Assembly (NCBI GenBank): GCA_965204375.1
Contig: OZ241986.1
Location: 3,904,001 to 3,968,000, forward strand
Source: Candidatus Latescibacterota bacterium
GTDB taxonomy: Bacteria; Latescibacterota; UBA2968
Direction: 5' to 3'
Length of the DNA: 64,000 nt
Each line of letters begins with the position of its first letter. The first letter of the stretch is position 1. This document shows, piece by piece, positions 50,152 through 61,037 of the stretch. The notes beneath the pieces were generated by a model. The model was given only the letters and a program-made list of their open reading frames with translations, had not been told where the DNA came from and made no database searches. The translations under genes were made by a program, and so were the position numbers.

Positions 50152-51872
50152 CCCGACTAATTCATGAAAGTTTTTGAATAGTCTATTTATGTCATCATTT
50201 CGATGTTGTAAGCCCTCTGTCCGTGTTTTTCTGTTTTTGTTGCTCCCGATTGTGTTTTTACCGGGTTCTGACAGGTCAATGTCATTGGTAGAGCGTGCCT
50301 GTGGTAGTCAAAAAGGGCAGAGGTTCCCCCTTGCCCTTGCCTGCCGAGTCTTTGCCCAGCACAAGGCGGTGTGCGCCAGTGATGTTGTCTGCCTTCTGCT
50401 TGCCATCTCTGCCCTCCTGCGTTTTGGGTTAAGGTCCTGCCCTTTTCAGATTGTGTAGGATTTTATGATACAGATGTTGCAAAGGATAGGACACAGGCAG
50501 ATGGAAGGTGATCCTTGTTTTCAACTCACAGACGCGTCCTGCGACTTTGAGGAAGCGATTTTGAATGGTATTGACCTGCGCGTTTATCCACCTTGTGCCA
50601 TTGAATCCTATTTGCGCCAATGTCTGTATCAAGACATAGGCGGCAGAATGGAGAAAGAGGCGGAACTGATTGGCAGTAAAGCTGTGACAGGATGTGCGGT
50701 CAGAGTGGAGAAAGGTTTTGTGATTTTTAATGAAGTTTTCCATCTGTCCGCGCGCACAATAGACGCTTTGATAGATAAAGGACGCCATTGAACTTTTCAG
50801 GTTGGTCACGACAAAGCGTGTGTTTTGGCCTCGGTCACTGATTTCGACCTTGCATACGATGCGTTGTGCCTTGTTCCAACTCTTTGCCTGATAGGAAAAC
50901 GAGGTAAAAAGACGCACGGCCTCCTTTGTATGTGCATAAAGCCTTTTGGCCTGCGCGATAAGGGGTTGTGCCGCCTCACAAAGCTTGGCATTGCTGGTCT
51001 GTCCTAAGATAAAATACAGGTCATCAGTCTCACAAAGGTGATGGACTTGCGGACAAGAAAAGTGGGCATCACCCCGCAAGATGATCGCCACATCAGGCCA
51101 AGCCTGACGCAGATAGGCCACCAAACGCTTGATAATGGCGACTATCTGTTGGCCGGTCGGACGGATACCGGGACGCAATATCGTAGTGATCAACTTACCG
51201 GTTTGTCCCTCATAAATATGCAAGGGCTGATAGGTGTAGGCATTGTAATAGCCATTGAATAGGGACAACTGCTGGGTCCCATAAACCGTATCCTGTGTAT
51301 CATCAATATCTAAGATGATCGCCTCGGGCGGCTTTTTATACGAAGCGATAAAACAATCGAGGAAGGCACGGGCAATCCGATACAAGTCGCTTCGCCTGAT
51401 CTGGTTCTCAAACCGGCTCATCGTGGGTTGACTGCCCAAGTCTTTACCTGAAAGCGGCAAGACACCACAGGCGGCCTTGATACCCGGATCGCTGCGTAAG
51501 GCATCACAATCATTGCCATCTTCATACCCACAGGCTATCTGGAACACCCGTTGCTTGACCAACTCTGCGACGGCGTGCCTCACATAACTCTTATGCCGAC
51601 GATCCCTGATCGCAGCACTCATGCGTGTTAAAATGCCAGATTTTGCCTCTACTTCTCGAAGCAATAACGCGCCGCTATCGCTGGTGAGAATGCCCCCATC
51701 AAAGGCGATATTGACACGTTTGCCGAAAATGCTTGCCAAAGGAACCTTGCGATGTTTATCTTGTGACCCCATGGTAGTTTCCTCCAAGTCTATTGTTTAA
51801 TGGTTATGGTGATAACCTATAATAATACAATGACTTGAATAAGGAAACTACCTTTTTTATGAATTTTTCAGG
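50152..51872 (-). mobile_element. IS1380-family element
   Basis: IRs CCCGACTAATTCATGAAA and CCTGAAAAATTCATAAAA, 4-bp TSD CTAA. The empty site GTTGCTAACCACC is visible at ~8150. Confidence 0.92.
50429..51787 (-). CDS. IS1380-family transposase
   Basis: FDGGILTSDSG, GYEDGND, LDIDDT, LRGDAHF, YCARGQMENFIK. Confidence 0.95.
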   Translation of the reverse strand: MEETTMGSQDKHRKVPLASIFGKRVNIAFDGGILTSDSGALLLREVEAKSGILTRMSAAIRDRRHKSYVRHAVAELVKQRVFQIACGYEDGNDCDALRSDPGIKAACGVLPLSGKDLGSQPTMSRFENQIRRSDLYRIARAFLDCFIASYKKPPEAIILDIDDTQDTVYGTQQLSLFNGYYNAYTYQPLHIYEGQTGKLITTILRPGIRPTGQQIVAIIKRLVAYLRQAWPDVAIILRGDAHFSCPQVHHLCETDDLYFILGQTSNAKLCEAAQPLIAQAKRLYAHTKEAVRLFTSFSYQAKSWNKAQRIVCKVEISDRGQNTRFVVTNLKSSMASFIYQSVYCARGQMENFIKNHKTFLHSDRTSCHSFTANQFRLFLHSAAYVLIQTLAQIGFNGTRWINAQVNTIQNRFLKVAGRVCELKTRITFHLPVSYPLQHLYHKILHNLKRAGP

Positions 51873-51933
51873 CTAACCACCTGTGTGGCAATAAAAGGCA
51901 AATGAATAAAAACAATTTGACATTTAGAAATTA

Positions 51934-52186
51934 TCACATGCCCCATACGTCAATCTCTACCCCGCTGGTAGATGTCCGGCGAAAGTGGAAGATCTTGTCC
52001 TCCCAACGCTTGCCTTCGCGACGGTCAAAAATCACCAGATGCCCTGCCTCTGCATCGCAACGATCCATGTACTCCGCCGTCTGTTCCAGACCCTCGGCAA
52101 TGGTCTGCTCCAGACTCTTATGAAGAATTTTGCACTCAATCACAACCTTGCGCGTCTGATCGCCCTGCGGCCAGACGATCAGCAGA
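51934..52186 (-). pseudogene. 3' remnant of a third AAA-PD-(D/E)XK gene
   Basis: LLIVWPQGDQTRK..EIDVWGM is nearly identical to the C-termini of copies 1 and 2. Confidence 0.85.
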
Positions 52187-52275
52187 AAAGTAGATTTCAA
52201 AAGATATATCTGCCCGCAGACATTGTCAAATACCAACCCTTGACTCGCTTTTTCCGCTCAGAAGATGTATATTTT

Positions 52276-52767
52276 TCAATACGTCACCAGCACAGCTTCT
52301 TGATTGCCAATAAGTTGTGGATTCTGGTCCCGACTGTGATACCGACGCGCGGTGGTCAATACATCCTTCCTCACATACTCCGAAATCTCTGAGGCCGTCA
52401 CACGACGATCGCCATCACCATCCGCATCACCGCGCAACGCCTTCAAAAAGAAATACGTAAACAAAGAATGCTGATTGGACAGCACATCATCGCGCGGCAA
52501 CTCGGCGATTGTCCCGAAGGCATCCAATTCCTTATTGATCGCCACGGCCTTTGTATCCGAAAAACCATACTTCCCATAACGCTCAGTCGTGCTGATCTTA
52601 AATCGAAGCTCTGAGGCCGTAAACTCACTGTTGACAAAATACGTATATGTGACCAACTCATACTTACCTGCCTCTATACGCGAAAATATCGGAGCCGATT
52701 GCGCGTATTGGTGCCCAACACCTCTCTTTATCGGTTCAAACATCGCAAACTCCTTTCTGCGCCTCAA
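52276..52767 (-). pseudogene. Chimeric ORF ending in a caspase (C14) domain C-terminal fragment
   Basis: HSLFTYFFLKALRGDADGDGDRRVT..NPQL, with no His/Cys dyad. Confidence 0.55.
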
Positions 52768-54164
52768 TGCATTTCACCATACTGGTCCTTCTCCACCAGA
52801 TAACTCGCCCAATCCACCCGCCAGGCATCTGCACCAACATCTTCATCCAACTGACGGGTCAACCCTTCTGGTGTCAGCATTGACCCAACCGGTTGCCATT
52901 CTTTTGCTGTTGCGATAACAAGCAGCGTTTCTAAACCAGACCCACGCGCTGCTGTGACCGACGACTCGTCTATCTCAAGTGCCCAATTAGACCCCTTCCG
53001 TAGAATGCGCCAACCCGCTCCCTCATACTCATTTTTAATCGGGACAGATTGCATATAACCAAAATGCCCATCGGCGAGGATTTCAAACAGATGCAGGTGG
53101 CAGGTGCTCGATACCTGCACTTCAATCTGAATCACACTATTTTCCGCAAACGCCTGCTCATCGGCAGAGCCGTTTAGATAAATAACAGGACCCTGTGCGC
53201 TATGACGGGAAGAAAACAAAGAACTGTAATGGAAATTCACCCCAGTGGATATAGGCAATTCCTTTGCATTGACCCGAATGCGATTCTCGCGCGATAGCGA
53301 CTTGATATCCTCAACCCAAAAGATAGCCTGACCGTTTGCATCCGTAGGCACGCGAACCGACCGCCCCATCTCCCCACTACTATTCCTGAGTTGTCCTGTG
53401 CCCCGCGTATAAGTTGCCCAAAGCGGGAATGACGCGAAGGGACTGCCTTGATAGTGAACTTGCACAACCAATGAATCGGCAAGAGACCCGCCATACGTGC
53501 CGCGCTGTTCATTGCCAGAAATCGCTTTGACCTCAAGATCTTTTTTGATAAGGGTTATTTCGCGTTCAATACCAATATCCGACAACGATGTCTTCTGATC
53601 TGGAAATGGCAATGTTCGAGCTACGTCCAATGCCTTGCTATATTCCTGAAGTGCGGTGACAACATCTGTCGTTATACTCAAATCTCCGTGCGCGACCATC
53701 TCTCCCACTTTATCCCATTGTTTTTGGATATGCTGTCGGTAAACCGTACGTTCAAGGCTTACGAGGGCATAATACTTTATCCCTTGTCTGTCGCTTTCGA
53801 TTTTGCTCTGATCAAGAGTTATTCCCGGTAGCGACTTCAGTGTAGCTGTGATACGCATTTGGTCGCTGTATTTTCGATCTATCTCCTCGTCTTTGCCCTC
53901 GCCCTTACTGTCAACGCGATATTCTTGTCGCACCTCAATAGTGCTCGATATCGCCTTGGTTAGCTCCGCACGCGCTTGATCTTTCGCCTTCTCCATACTT
54001 TCTGTACTCATACCTACGCCATAGTAATAGCGGGCATCATTAGGTGGTTTTTGGAACCAGCGGGGTTGAGCATGAGCGACGCCTGCCAGCGTGCAAAAGA
54101 GAAAACACGCCACGGCAAGAATACGCCACCCATTTTTTTTGGAGTGTGAATGGTATTCCATCAC
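52764..54164 (-). CDS. Secreted LPP20-like domain protein with Ig-like/DUF4384-like C-terminus
   Basis: Signal peptide, PRWF..YYYGVG..AKDQARAEL. Confidence 0.6.
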   Translation of the reverse strand: MMEYHSHSKKNGWRILAVACFLFCTLAGVAHAQPRWFQKPPNDARYYYGVGMSTESMEKAKDQARAELTKAISSTIEVRQEYRVDSKGEGKDEEIDRKYSDQMRITATLKSLPGITLDQSKIESDRQGIKYYALVSLERTVYRQHIQKQWDKVGEMVAHGDLSITTDVVTALQEYSKALDVARTLPFPDQKTSLSDIGIEREITLIKKDLEVKAISGNEQRGTYGGSLADSLVVQVHYQGSPFASFPLWATYTRGTGQLRNSSGEMGRSVRVPTDANGQAIFWVEDIKSLSRENRIRVNAKELPISTGVNFHYSSLFSSRHSAQGPVIYLNGSADEQAFAENSVIQIEVQVSSTCHLHLFEILADGHFGYMQSVPIKNEYEGAGWRILRKGSNWALEIDESSVTAARGSGLETLLVIATAKEWQPVGSMLTPEGLTRQLDEDVGADAWRVDWASYLVEKDQYGEMH

Positions 54165-54176
54165 AATTAACGCACC

Positions 54177-57100
54177 TCATCTCTTAAACTCAACAATAGC
54201 CATCTCTTTGTCCCGTGCCTCAATCTGAGGGGTTTGCGGACGCCCAAACAAACGATTCGACCAATACCGCACGCCCTCGTCTTCATTGAGAAGATACGCT
54301 TCCAGTTCGGACACCGTGATGCGATCATCCGTGTTGCTATCTGCCGCGCCTTGCAAGCCCTTTAAAAAGAAATAGGTGAACAGGCTGTGTTGCTTTGCCG
54401 GATACCAATTGCTGACCCGATCATTGGATGTCGAGGTCAGCACAATTGCTTGCGAATGGCTCATCAGTGGATGCGACGGCTGGTCTAAAGCAGGTAGAAC
54501 TATCGGACTGATATTTTGAATGAGCATCTTCCCATCGCCTGTCATGCCACTAAAGCAGGCATCCAACACAACCGTCAAACTGCGCCCTTCCACTTTCGAC
54601 AAATCCGCATAGAAATCCTGCAAGCGATACGCATTGTCTGCATTGATATAATTGGGATCACAATCGGAAGGCACCAAAAATCCCTCGTTCGTATTCGTGC
54701 TTGGTGCACCGTGCCCTGAATAGTAAATAAAAACATCCGATTTGCCCTTCTTTACAAAAGCAGACAATCGCTTTCTGATCAGCGTCTTTAACGTCCCAGC
54801 GGTCATCAATTCATCCGGATCGCGCGGTAGAATATTCAGCGGGTCGTAACCGAAGGTTTTAATCAGGTATTCGCGGACAAATTGGGCATCGCGCCTGGCA
54901 TACTGGACATCCGTGGCCTTTTGATAATCAGCAATACCGATGACAACAGCCACTGCATCCGGATTGGAACCGGCAGCAGACGGGATGTTTTGTTCAATAT
55001 CTATTGAGAGACCCGTCGCCTGCACGACCCGCCGCGCTGGCCCCTCTTGTCCCTCAACAACCACAGTGCGAATCCGCTTGACGCGCTCATTCAGCGAAAT
55101 CGGCAGGCGGTAGTCTTGAACATCAACTAAGCCTGTCGCCTCGGCGAAATCGACAAATACTGGAATATCTGTCGCTGTTTTGTTTGTGTAAACGCTAAAA
55201 GAGAAGTCCTTGTAATCACCCGCCTTCAGTTCGCCAAGATTATATGCCGTTTTTGATGCCCCCGTGATAAAAACGTCATTGCCAGTAGAAACTTTGGCCT
55301 GAACAGCTTTGGCGTTGCCCGCACCTTGATTTTGAACGCGGACTGTCAATATCACCACTTCGGCAGGTTCGATCATCCCATTGCCGCTCGGCTCGTCAAC
55401 GCCCACATCTACAACGACCAACTTAGGCTTGATATAGGCCCGCGTCGAAAACGTGAGTTGTAGGGGATCCGGTGGAAAGGCGTTCTTTTCAGAGAATCGA
55501 AGGGTCAACGTATGCGTTGCGTTGCGGCTATGTATGGATGCCTCAATCGGAATTTCAACCGACCGACTTTCCCCTGGTGGAATATCACCAATAGTGGCAT
55601 TAGCATAAGAAAGTCCATCAATTCTCGGTGGCGTAATAGCAACTTGAACACCCGCAGCGTACCCTCTTCCACTGTTTTTGGCAGTTACAGTGATCACACC
55701 CTTTTCATTGGCATCGAGAAAATTGTTGCCCGACGCTTCAGAAAAACGGACAGCAGCAGCGAGAGCGGGTGGATACGATGGCGTGGGCTTTTCAATCTCT
55801 AGAGTTTCGGGTGGAAGAAGTGTTCGGTAAATCTTTTTGCTATCCGAGATCAAATGACCGTTGGGACTCCATGCTAAATGTTGAACGATACCGCTCGTCC
55901 GAATCGTTTTTTCTTTTTTTAGCTCTGTTTTAGTGGTAATGTTAGTGCCGATTCGCCAGAAGGTTATTGCTTGACCTCCTCCAGTTGCGAGAAACTGCCC
56001 ATCAGGACTGAAGGCGATGGCGCGACTTTCAGATTGCATCTTCCGAATCATCGTGCCTCTGATTACGTCCCAAAAGGACACGTAACCATATTGGCCAGCT
56101 GCAAGGTACTTCCCATCCGGACTAAAGGCGACAGCGGGGACACGACCGAGGCTGAAGCGGGTGATGCCATCAAGATTCATCTGTCGAATCTCTGAAGACT
56201 CTTCTTCAGTTCTCCTACCCCAGGGGGATAAGCGTATCATATCTCTTTTGTTCAACAATGGCTCATGCCAAAGGGTTACTTTGCTTATTACATCGCCTGC
56301 TGCGAGGTACTTCCCATCCGGACTAAAGGTAAAACTGTAATACTTATCCATATACCAAACTGATTTGCCCCTGATCACATCCCAGATTACTATAACGTCG
56401 TTGCCACCATATACTCCGAGGTACTTCCCATCCGGGCTAAAGGCAACAAAATTTCGGCTATTACTAACTTTCCAACTTCTGACACCGCTCAACTCAAATA
56501 TATTGCCACTGCTCAACTCTAAGATATACGGCCCCTTACTAAAGTCACTATCTCTACCTATTGCGAGGTACTTCCCATCCGGGCTAAAGGCGATGGTCTC
56601 ACAAAAACGCAAGTCAATCTGCCAAACTTTGTTGCCACTACTCAACTCTAAGATATACTGGTCACTATCTCTACCTATTGCGAGGTACTTCCCATCCGGG
56701 CTGAATGCAACGGCACTAATGTCTTCACCAAGACTAATGTCTTTGCCAAGATGATATACCTCATAAAAACTATACGTAACTCCCTGTCTCCAAATTGGAG
56801 GATATTCCAGCTTTACCCGCGCCAACCCTCGGCGATACCCTGGATCGATCGAAACATAGCCTGTTTTGGTGACCTGGTTCCAGTTGTTGTATAGGCTACG
56901 AGCCTCATCCTTATTGACTCGCAGATATCTCTTAAAACGCTGGACTTTCTCGTTGAGCTTCGCCTCAAAAGTAATTGGAAAGCGTTCTGAGTTGGCATCA
57001 TAGGCACCGAGCGTTACGGTAATGTCGCTTGTCTGGAAGGTCTTTCGGTACAAATTCGCAACTCGGTTTTGAATATCCTCGAGATAACGTTTCTGGAGTT

Positions 57101-57980
57101 GTGAACGATGCTGGAATAGAATTGATTCCAGTTGACTTTTACGCGCAGCATAGTCTGCATCGGATTCAAACTGATCCTTTGGCGCATTAAGTGGATTGGT
57201 CTTCTGTTCCTCGGCGATCTTCTGTTCAACGAGTCTGCGTTTCTGTTCAAGTTCAGCTTCAAGGACTTTAATCTGAGCAACTGTTTGGTCAAATGCATCT
57301 CGCAGCGTGGCGGTAGCATCCGTCTGATAGTCTCTCCCCTCCGATGATTTAGACGGCTTGGATATCAGTTCTGGTTTTGTCTTGGGTGATGGTTGTTCCC
57401 AACGCCGTTTCCATGCATCTGCTCTGCGCCTTGCTTCGGTTATTTGAGCACTCGTCATTCTTTTTGAAAGGAACTTGCGGTTTTGGGGGGCATACTTCTT
57501 ATCACCTCCTGCCTCGGCAAGTAAGGACCACATGTAAGATGTCACATAGTCCTCCCTCACACCAAAGCCATTCAGATACATATAACCAAGTTGGGTTTGA
57601 GCCCAAGTATTTCCTTGTTCGGCGGCCCTTCGATACCAAACTACTGCCTTTTCATTACTCGAACGCACACCATAGCCCTTATCATACATTAAGCCAAGGT
57701 AGCATTGTGCTGTAGCATCTCCTTGTGCAGCTAGGGGGCGAAATTCCTTGAGTGCCGTTGCGTAGTCACCTCGGTCATACGCATCTTTCCCTGTCTGAAA
57801 GTCTCCCCACGCTGATGATGTGGTGAGAAAACACAGCGATAGAATGGCGAGCAAGCGGCGCAGTGCTGAACGATACACAGGAGATTGCACCGTAGTTTTT
57901 CGTTTATTCTCATTCATCTTAAATCTCCTCCCTTTTGGGGAAGGTCGTGTTTTATGTCCCTTTATTTCGTCGCGCCTCAA
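54177..57980 (-). CDS. Secreted SEL1-repeat + WD40 + Ig-like + caspase-like (peptidase C14) protein (probable start near 57917)
   Basis: AQCYLGLMY..WYRRAAEQG, AFSPDGKYLA repeats, AVVIGIADY, YYSGHG, LDACFSG. Confidence 0.85.
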   Translation of the reverse strand: MRRDEIKGHKTRPSPKGRRFKMNENKRKTTVQSPVYRSALRRLLAILSLCFLTTSSAWGDFQTGKDAYDRGDYATALKEFRPLAAQGDATAQCYLGLMYDKGYGVRSSNEKAVVWYRRAAEQGNTWAQTQLGYMYLNGFGVREDYVTSYMWSLLAEAGGDKKYAPQNRKFLSKRMTSAQITEARRRADAWKRRWEQPSPKTKPELISKPSKSSEGRDYQTDATATLRDAFDQTVAQIKVLEAELEQKRRLVEQKIAEEQKTNPLNAPKDQFESDADYAARKSQLESILFQHRSQLQKRYLEDIQNRVANLYRKTFQTSDITVTLGAYDANSERFPITFEAKLNEKVQRFKRYLRVNKDEARSLYNNWNQVTKTGYVSIDPGYRRGLARVKLEYPPIWRQGVTYSFYEVYHLGKDISLGEDISAVAFSPDGKYLAIGRDSDQYILELSSGNKVWQIDLRFCETIAFSPDGKYLAIGRDSDFSKGPYILELSSGNIFELSGVRSWKVSNSRNFVAFSPDGKYLGVYGGNDVIVIWDVIRGKSVWYMDKYYSFTFSPDGKYLAAGDVISKVTLWHEPLLNKRDMIRLSPWGRRTEEESSEIRQMNLDGITRFSLGRVPAVAFSPDGKYLAAGQYGYVSFWDVIRGTMIRKMQSESRAIAFSPDGQFLATGGGQAITFWRIGTNITTKTELKKEKTIRTSGIVQHLAWSPNGHLISDSKKIYRTLLPPETLEIEKPTPSYPPALAAAVRFSEASGNNFLDANEKGVITVTAKNSGRGYAAGVQVAITPPRIDGLSYANATIGDIPPGESRSVEIPIEASIHSRNATHTLTLRFSEKNAFPPDPLQLTFSTRAYIKPKLVVVDVGVDEPSGNGMIEPAEVVILTVRVQNQGAGNAKAVQAKVSTGNDVFITGASKTAYNLGELKAGDYKDFSFSVYTNKTATDIPVFVDFAEATGLVDVQDYRLPISLNERVKRIRTVVVEGQEGPARRVVQATGLSIDIEQNIPSAAGSNPDAVAVVIGIADYQKATDVQYARRDAQFVREYLIKTFGYDPLNILPRDPDELMTAGTLKTLIRKRLSAFVKKGKSDVFIYYSGHGAPSTNTNEGFLVPSDCDPNYINADNAYRLQDFYADLSKVEGRSLTVVLDACFSGMTGDGKMLIQNISPIVLPALDQPSHPLMSHSQAIVLTSTSNDRVSNWYPAKQHSLFTYFFLKGLQGAADSNTDDRITVSELEAYLLNEDEGVRYWSNRLFGRPQTPQIEARDKEMAIVEFKR

Positions 57981-58251
57981 TATTTTTGACCCTTGTTCTA
58001 ATATCTCCCAGTATCAATAACCGACCAAAAAAAACAACCGCTGTAAGAAACCAGGTAATGGCCCCGATAATAGCACCCTTTATACCAGAAATAGAAGCCA
58101 ACGAAAAAAGACCATCCCCACTCTGTGACATAAACTCCTCTCCCATGAGAATTGGGAAAAACCATCCAACCACCAGAAAAAAAAGAAGAGATAGCCAGAG
58201 ACCTATCTCAATAAATATCCGATGGGAATTAACAATCAACTTTGCAAGCAT
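57952..58251 (-). CDS. Small two-TM membrane protein
   Basis: MLAKLIVNSH start after AAGGAG; two hydrophobic helices. Confidence 0.55.
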   Translation of the reverse strand: MLAKLIVNSHRIFIEIGLWLSLLFFLVVGWFFPILMGEEFMSQSGDGLFSLASISGIKGAIIGAITWFLTAVVFFGRLLILGDIRTRVKNIEARRNKGT

Positions 58252-58271
58252 ATTTTTCTCCTTTCGGCCTC

Positions 58272-59510
58272 CTATCGCCACGCTTCGTACAGAGATATAC
58301 GATCGAGAACTTTCACGAGATAATCCCGCGTCTCTTTGTAGGGCAACGATTCCTTCAAATGTTCGTAGAGCTTGTCCCAATGCATATTCGCTATAACGGG
58401 CAAAGCTGCACTCACCACAGTCTCACCCGTCAGTGCCCGGCTCACATTACCGGGACCCGTATTATAGCCCGCAATAACGCAAAGCTGGGCCTTCTGGTCA
58501 TCCTCAACGCCAGCGAAAAATCGGTTCCGCAGCAAGTACAGGTACGCGCTTCCCAACTCAATATTCTTATTTGGATCATAAAAGTAAGACGGCGGCAAAA
58601 TGCGGTCATCCTTGTACACATAACGATAGGCTTCCCGACCACCGCTTTTCGGCACCAACTGCATCAGTCCCAGGGCTGGAACAGGAGACTTTGCCTTGGG
58701 ATTAAAAAAACTTTCCGTATGGATCACTGCACATACCAGAGGCACATCCACATCATAGCGCTGCGCGTATTCCCGGATCGTGGGTAAATACCGCCCGGCC
58801 CGCTTCTCCAAATGATCTGGGACCAGAGGAAACGTCGCCGTGGCTTTCATGCGCTCCTGACCATCCTTGCCAGTAACCGTGGTAAAAACCACCTTATTAC
58901 TTTGCGCCACATCCTGGGCAAAGGCATCTACTTTCTCAGGTGTAACAGCCTCACCATCCTGGTCGGCAACCTGACCTTGCAGAACCGGAGCCGTGTCCAG
59001 AGGCTTCGGCGTGTCCTCCGAACCATCGGGTAACGCGACCTTATAATCAGACGAAGTGCCCTGATCGCTGATCAATGCGACAACCGCATCCTTCAACTTA
59101 TCGCGAGCCTCCTCCTCACTCGTTTCGAGCAACACCTCGACCTCAGCCTGCCCCTGTTCAAAGTCAACACGACTTCGCCGTTGCAAATCCTCGCTATACT
59201 CCACCCAATCTTTTCGCGTTGAGCCAACGAACTCGCCCCATTGCTTTTCCACTTCCTCTTTGAACTGCGCAAAAGCGACACTATCGGCTCTGACAAAAGC
59301 GTTGTACTGCTGGAGAAACTGCTGGGCAAACTGCTCCTGTGCCTGCTGTTGCTGCTGGCGGAACCGCTCAAATTCATCCTGTGCCCTCACTTCCGGCTGC
59401 GAAAAAAGAATTGGGAAAATCAGGAACAAGGCCAGCTTTAAGAACGCGAAGGCCTGTTGCAGTTGCTTTAAGAAATACGACATCGTGAACCTCAAGTGTA
59501 AAATTTTCAA
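58272..59510 (-). CDS. mltC: MltC-like lytic transglycosylase (DUF3393 + SLT)
   Basis: RSRVDFEQG, IHTESFFNP, GLMQLVP, NIELGSAYL, YNTGPGNV, ETRDY. Confidence 0.85.
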   Translation of the reverse strand: MKILHLRFTMSYFLKQLQQAFAFLKLALFLIFPILFSQPEVRAQDEFERFRQQQQQAQEQFAQQFLQQYNAFVRADSVAFAQFKEEVEKQWGEFVGSTRKDWVEYSEDLQRRSRVDFEQGQAEVEVLLETSEEEARDKLKDAVVALISDQGTSSDYKVALPDGSEDTPKPLDTAPVLQGQVADQDGEAVTPEKVDAFAQDVAQSNKVVFTTVTGKDGQERMKATATFPLVPDHLEKRAGRYLPTIREYAQRYDVDVPLVCAVIHTESFFNPKAKSPVPALGLMQLVPKSGGREAYRYVYKDDRILPPSYFYDPNKNIELGSAYLYLLRNRFFAGVEDDQKAQLCVIAGYNTGPGNVSRALTGETVVSAALPVIANMHWDKLYEHLKESLPYKETRDYLVKVLDRISLYEAWR

Positions 59511-59624
59511 GTAGATTTGAGTTAGCGATTGCGACCCAGAAATGGCCTTTAAGTTGCATCTTTACGGGATCTCTATCAACACACGGTCTCCCTTCACTAC
59601 CTATCAAGATCGGTTCTACGGAAG

Positions 59625-60005
59625 TCACATTATGCGTATGCCCTTCAAGCATAACGGTGGATTGAGCTTCGACAATTGAAGCAGCGCAGATCCCCTGACC
59701 GTCTGCTCGAACAATTGCTCTCCCTGTACTCTCACCCGCCTGCTCCAGGATAGCTGACGAAGTGCCCTATCCAGTACCCGGTCATAATCCGTCGCAGCAT
59801 ACCCCTGAAGCACAAAACTAACACCCACGACTGTCTGTGGAGGAGGGTTACAAAACAAAGCCGGGTATTTTTTTTGCCCGACTGATGAAATAGAATCCAA
59901 TGTATAAGTCGGTGGGATAGGAGATGTTCGGGTTCCAGCGCACGATACGACCAGTCCTGCCAACCATACCCCTATCCACCGATGCCAACGACATACAGAA
60001 TTCAT
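59625..60005 (-). pseudogene. Truncated lipoprotein
   Basis: LVVSC lipobox-like motif. The ORF runs into a duplicated caspase-gene end (59553-59617, matching 60716-60779). Confidence 0.45.
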
Positions 60006-60076
60006 GGAGCCATCTTTTTCCCCAGTGAGTGACGTTATACGCGAACCAACAGTATCTGGTCGTGGGCAAAAAATTC

Positions 60077-60622
60077 CTATTGATCTCCACGTTTTTCTTC
60101 ATACGCCTTTATTTCTTTATCCAACTCCTCAAATGCCTGGCTGGCGCGGAAGCGCGTGTAGAGGTTTTTGTTCGCCTTGATCTTCGCCATCAACGCTGCG
60201 TTAGCCGCACCAATAGGCAAACTCATCAAAACATACACCTTGAAGGTGCCGTTTTCTAACTGATGGATCTCCTTTTCTTCCTCTGTGGCACCATGAAGCG
60301 TCTCAGAGGTCACGGTTTTGGTGACAGACGTGAATTGCTCCAGGAGTTCGGTGTCAGCGTCTTCACCCACTTCTTCCTGAAACAGTTTCTCCAGATTATT
60401 CACTTTGATAGCCATCTGTTGAGCCAGGTCCGCACGGGTTTGCGTCTTGGCCTTTTTTGTCGCCACCTCCATATCGCGGGAATCGCCTGTAGCTGCGGCA
60501 TAGAGATATTCGGCATCCGCATTGGGCGGATTTTCATACCATTTGGGCAAACCCTTTACTTTCAGGCTTGAAGCACACCCATAACAACAAATCGCAAGCA
60601 CCAGCAAAATGACTTTACGCAT
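60077..60622 (-). CDS. LPP20-family-like lipoprotein
   Basis: Lipobox CYGC, LPKWYENPP..LYAAATG..ADLAQQ. Confidence 0.7.
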   Translation of the reverse strand: MRKVILLVLAICCYGCASSLKVKGLPKWYENPPNADAEYLYAAATGDSRDMEVATKKAKTQTRADLAQQMAIKVNNLEKLFQEEVGEDADTELLEQFTSVTKTVTSETLHGATEEEKEIHQLENGTFKVYVLMSLPIGAANAALMAKIKANKNLYTRFRASQAFEELDKEIKAYEEKRGDQ

Positions 60623-60723
60623 AACTACTTCCTCCTTTGTGAAAGACGTATGAACTGCTTTTTCGGCAAAAGATCACGGACTACCGATCCGAGTATCATC
60701 TCCATACAATCCAGGTTGCATCT

Positions 60724-60945
60724 TTACGGGATCTGTATCAACACACGGTCTCCTTCACTACCTATCAAGATCGGTTCTTGGGAACGATCCCACTGCGTCT
60801 TAGCTGCTTCTGAAACCCAACGTTTCGTGTAAGCCGCCAATTCATTGAGTGTAATCTCCTTATTGATACTGCCACCGCCTGCACCATCTGCTTCTCCCCG
60901 CAGACCCTTGAGCAAATAATACGTGAACAAACCGTGACGCTTCGA
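60724..60945 (-). pseudogene. Caspase-domain C-terminal fragment
   Basis: HGLFTYYLLKGLRGEADG..ITLNEL..QEP. Confidence 0.6.
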
Positions 60946-61037
60946 CCTCATAGGTACGGGGGACGCGAAAGCGCAGAACGCCTTCGACTGTTTCATTGGG
61001 ATGAATGGTCCCAAGCGTCTCCTTCTCCTGCTGCACC

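Noticed and set aside
54177-57980. Caspase linked to the CRISPR system (Craspase- or SAVED-CHAT-like)
   Set aside because: It is a signal-peptide-bearing C14 protein about 13 kb from cas6, with no CARF/SAVED domain and separated by IS elements.
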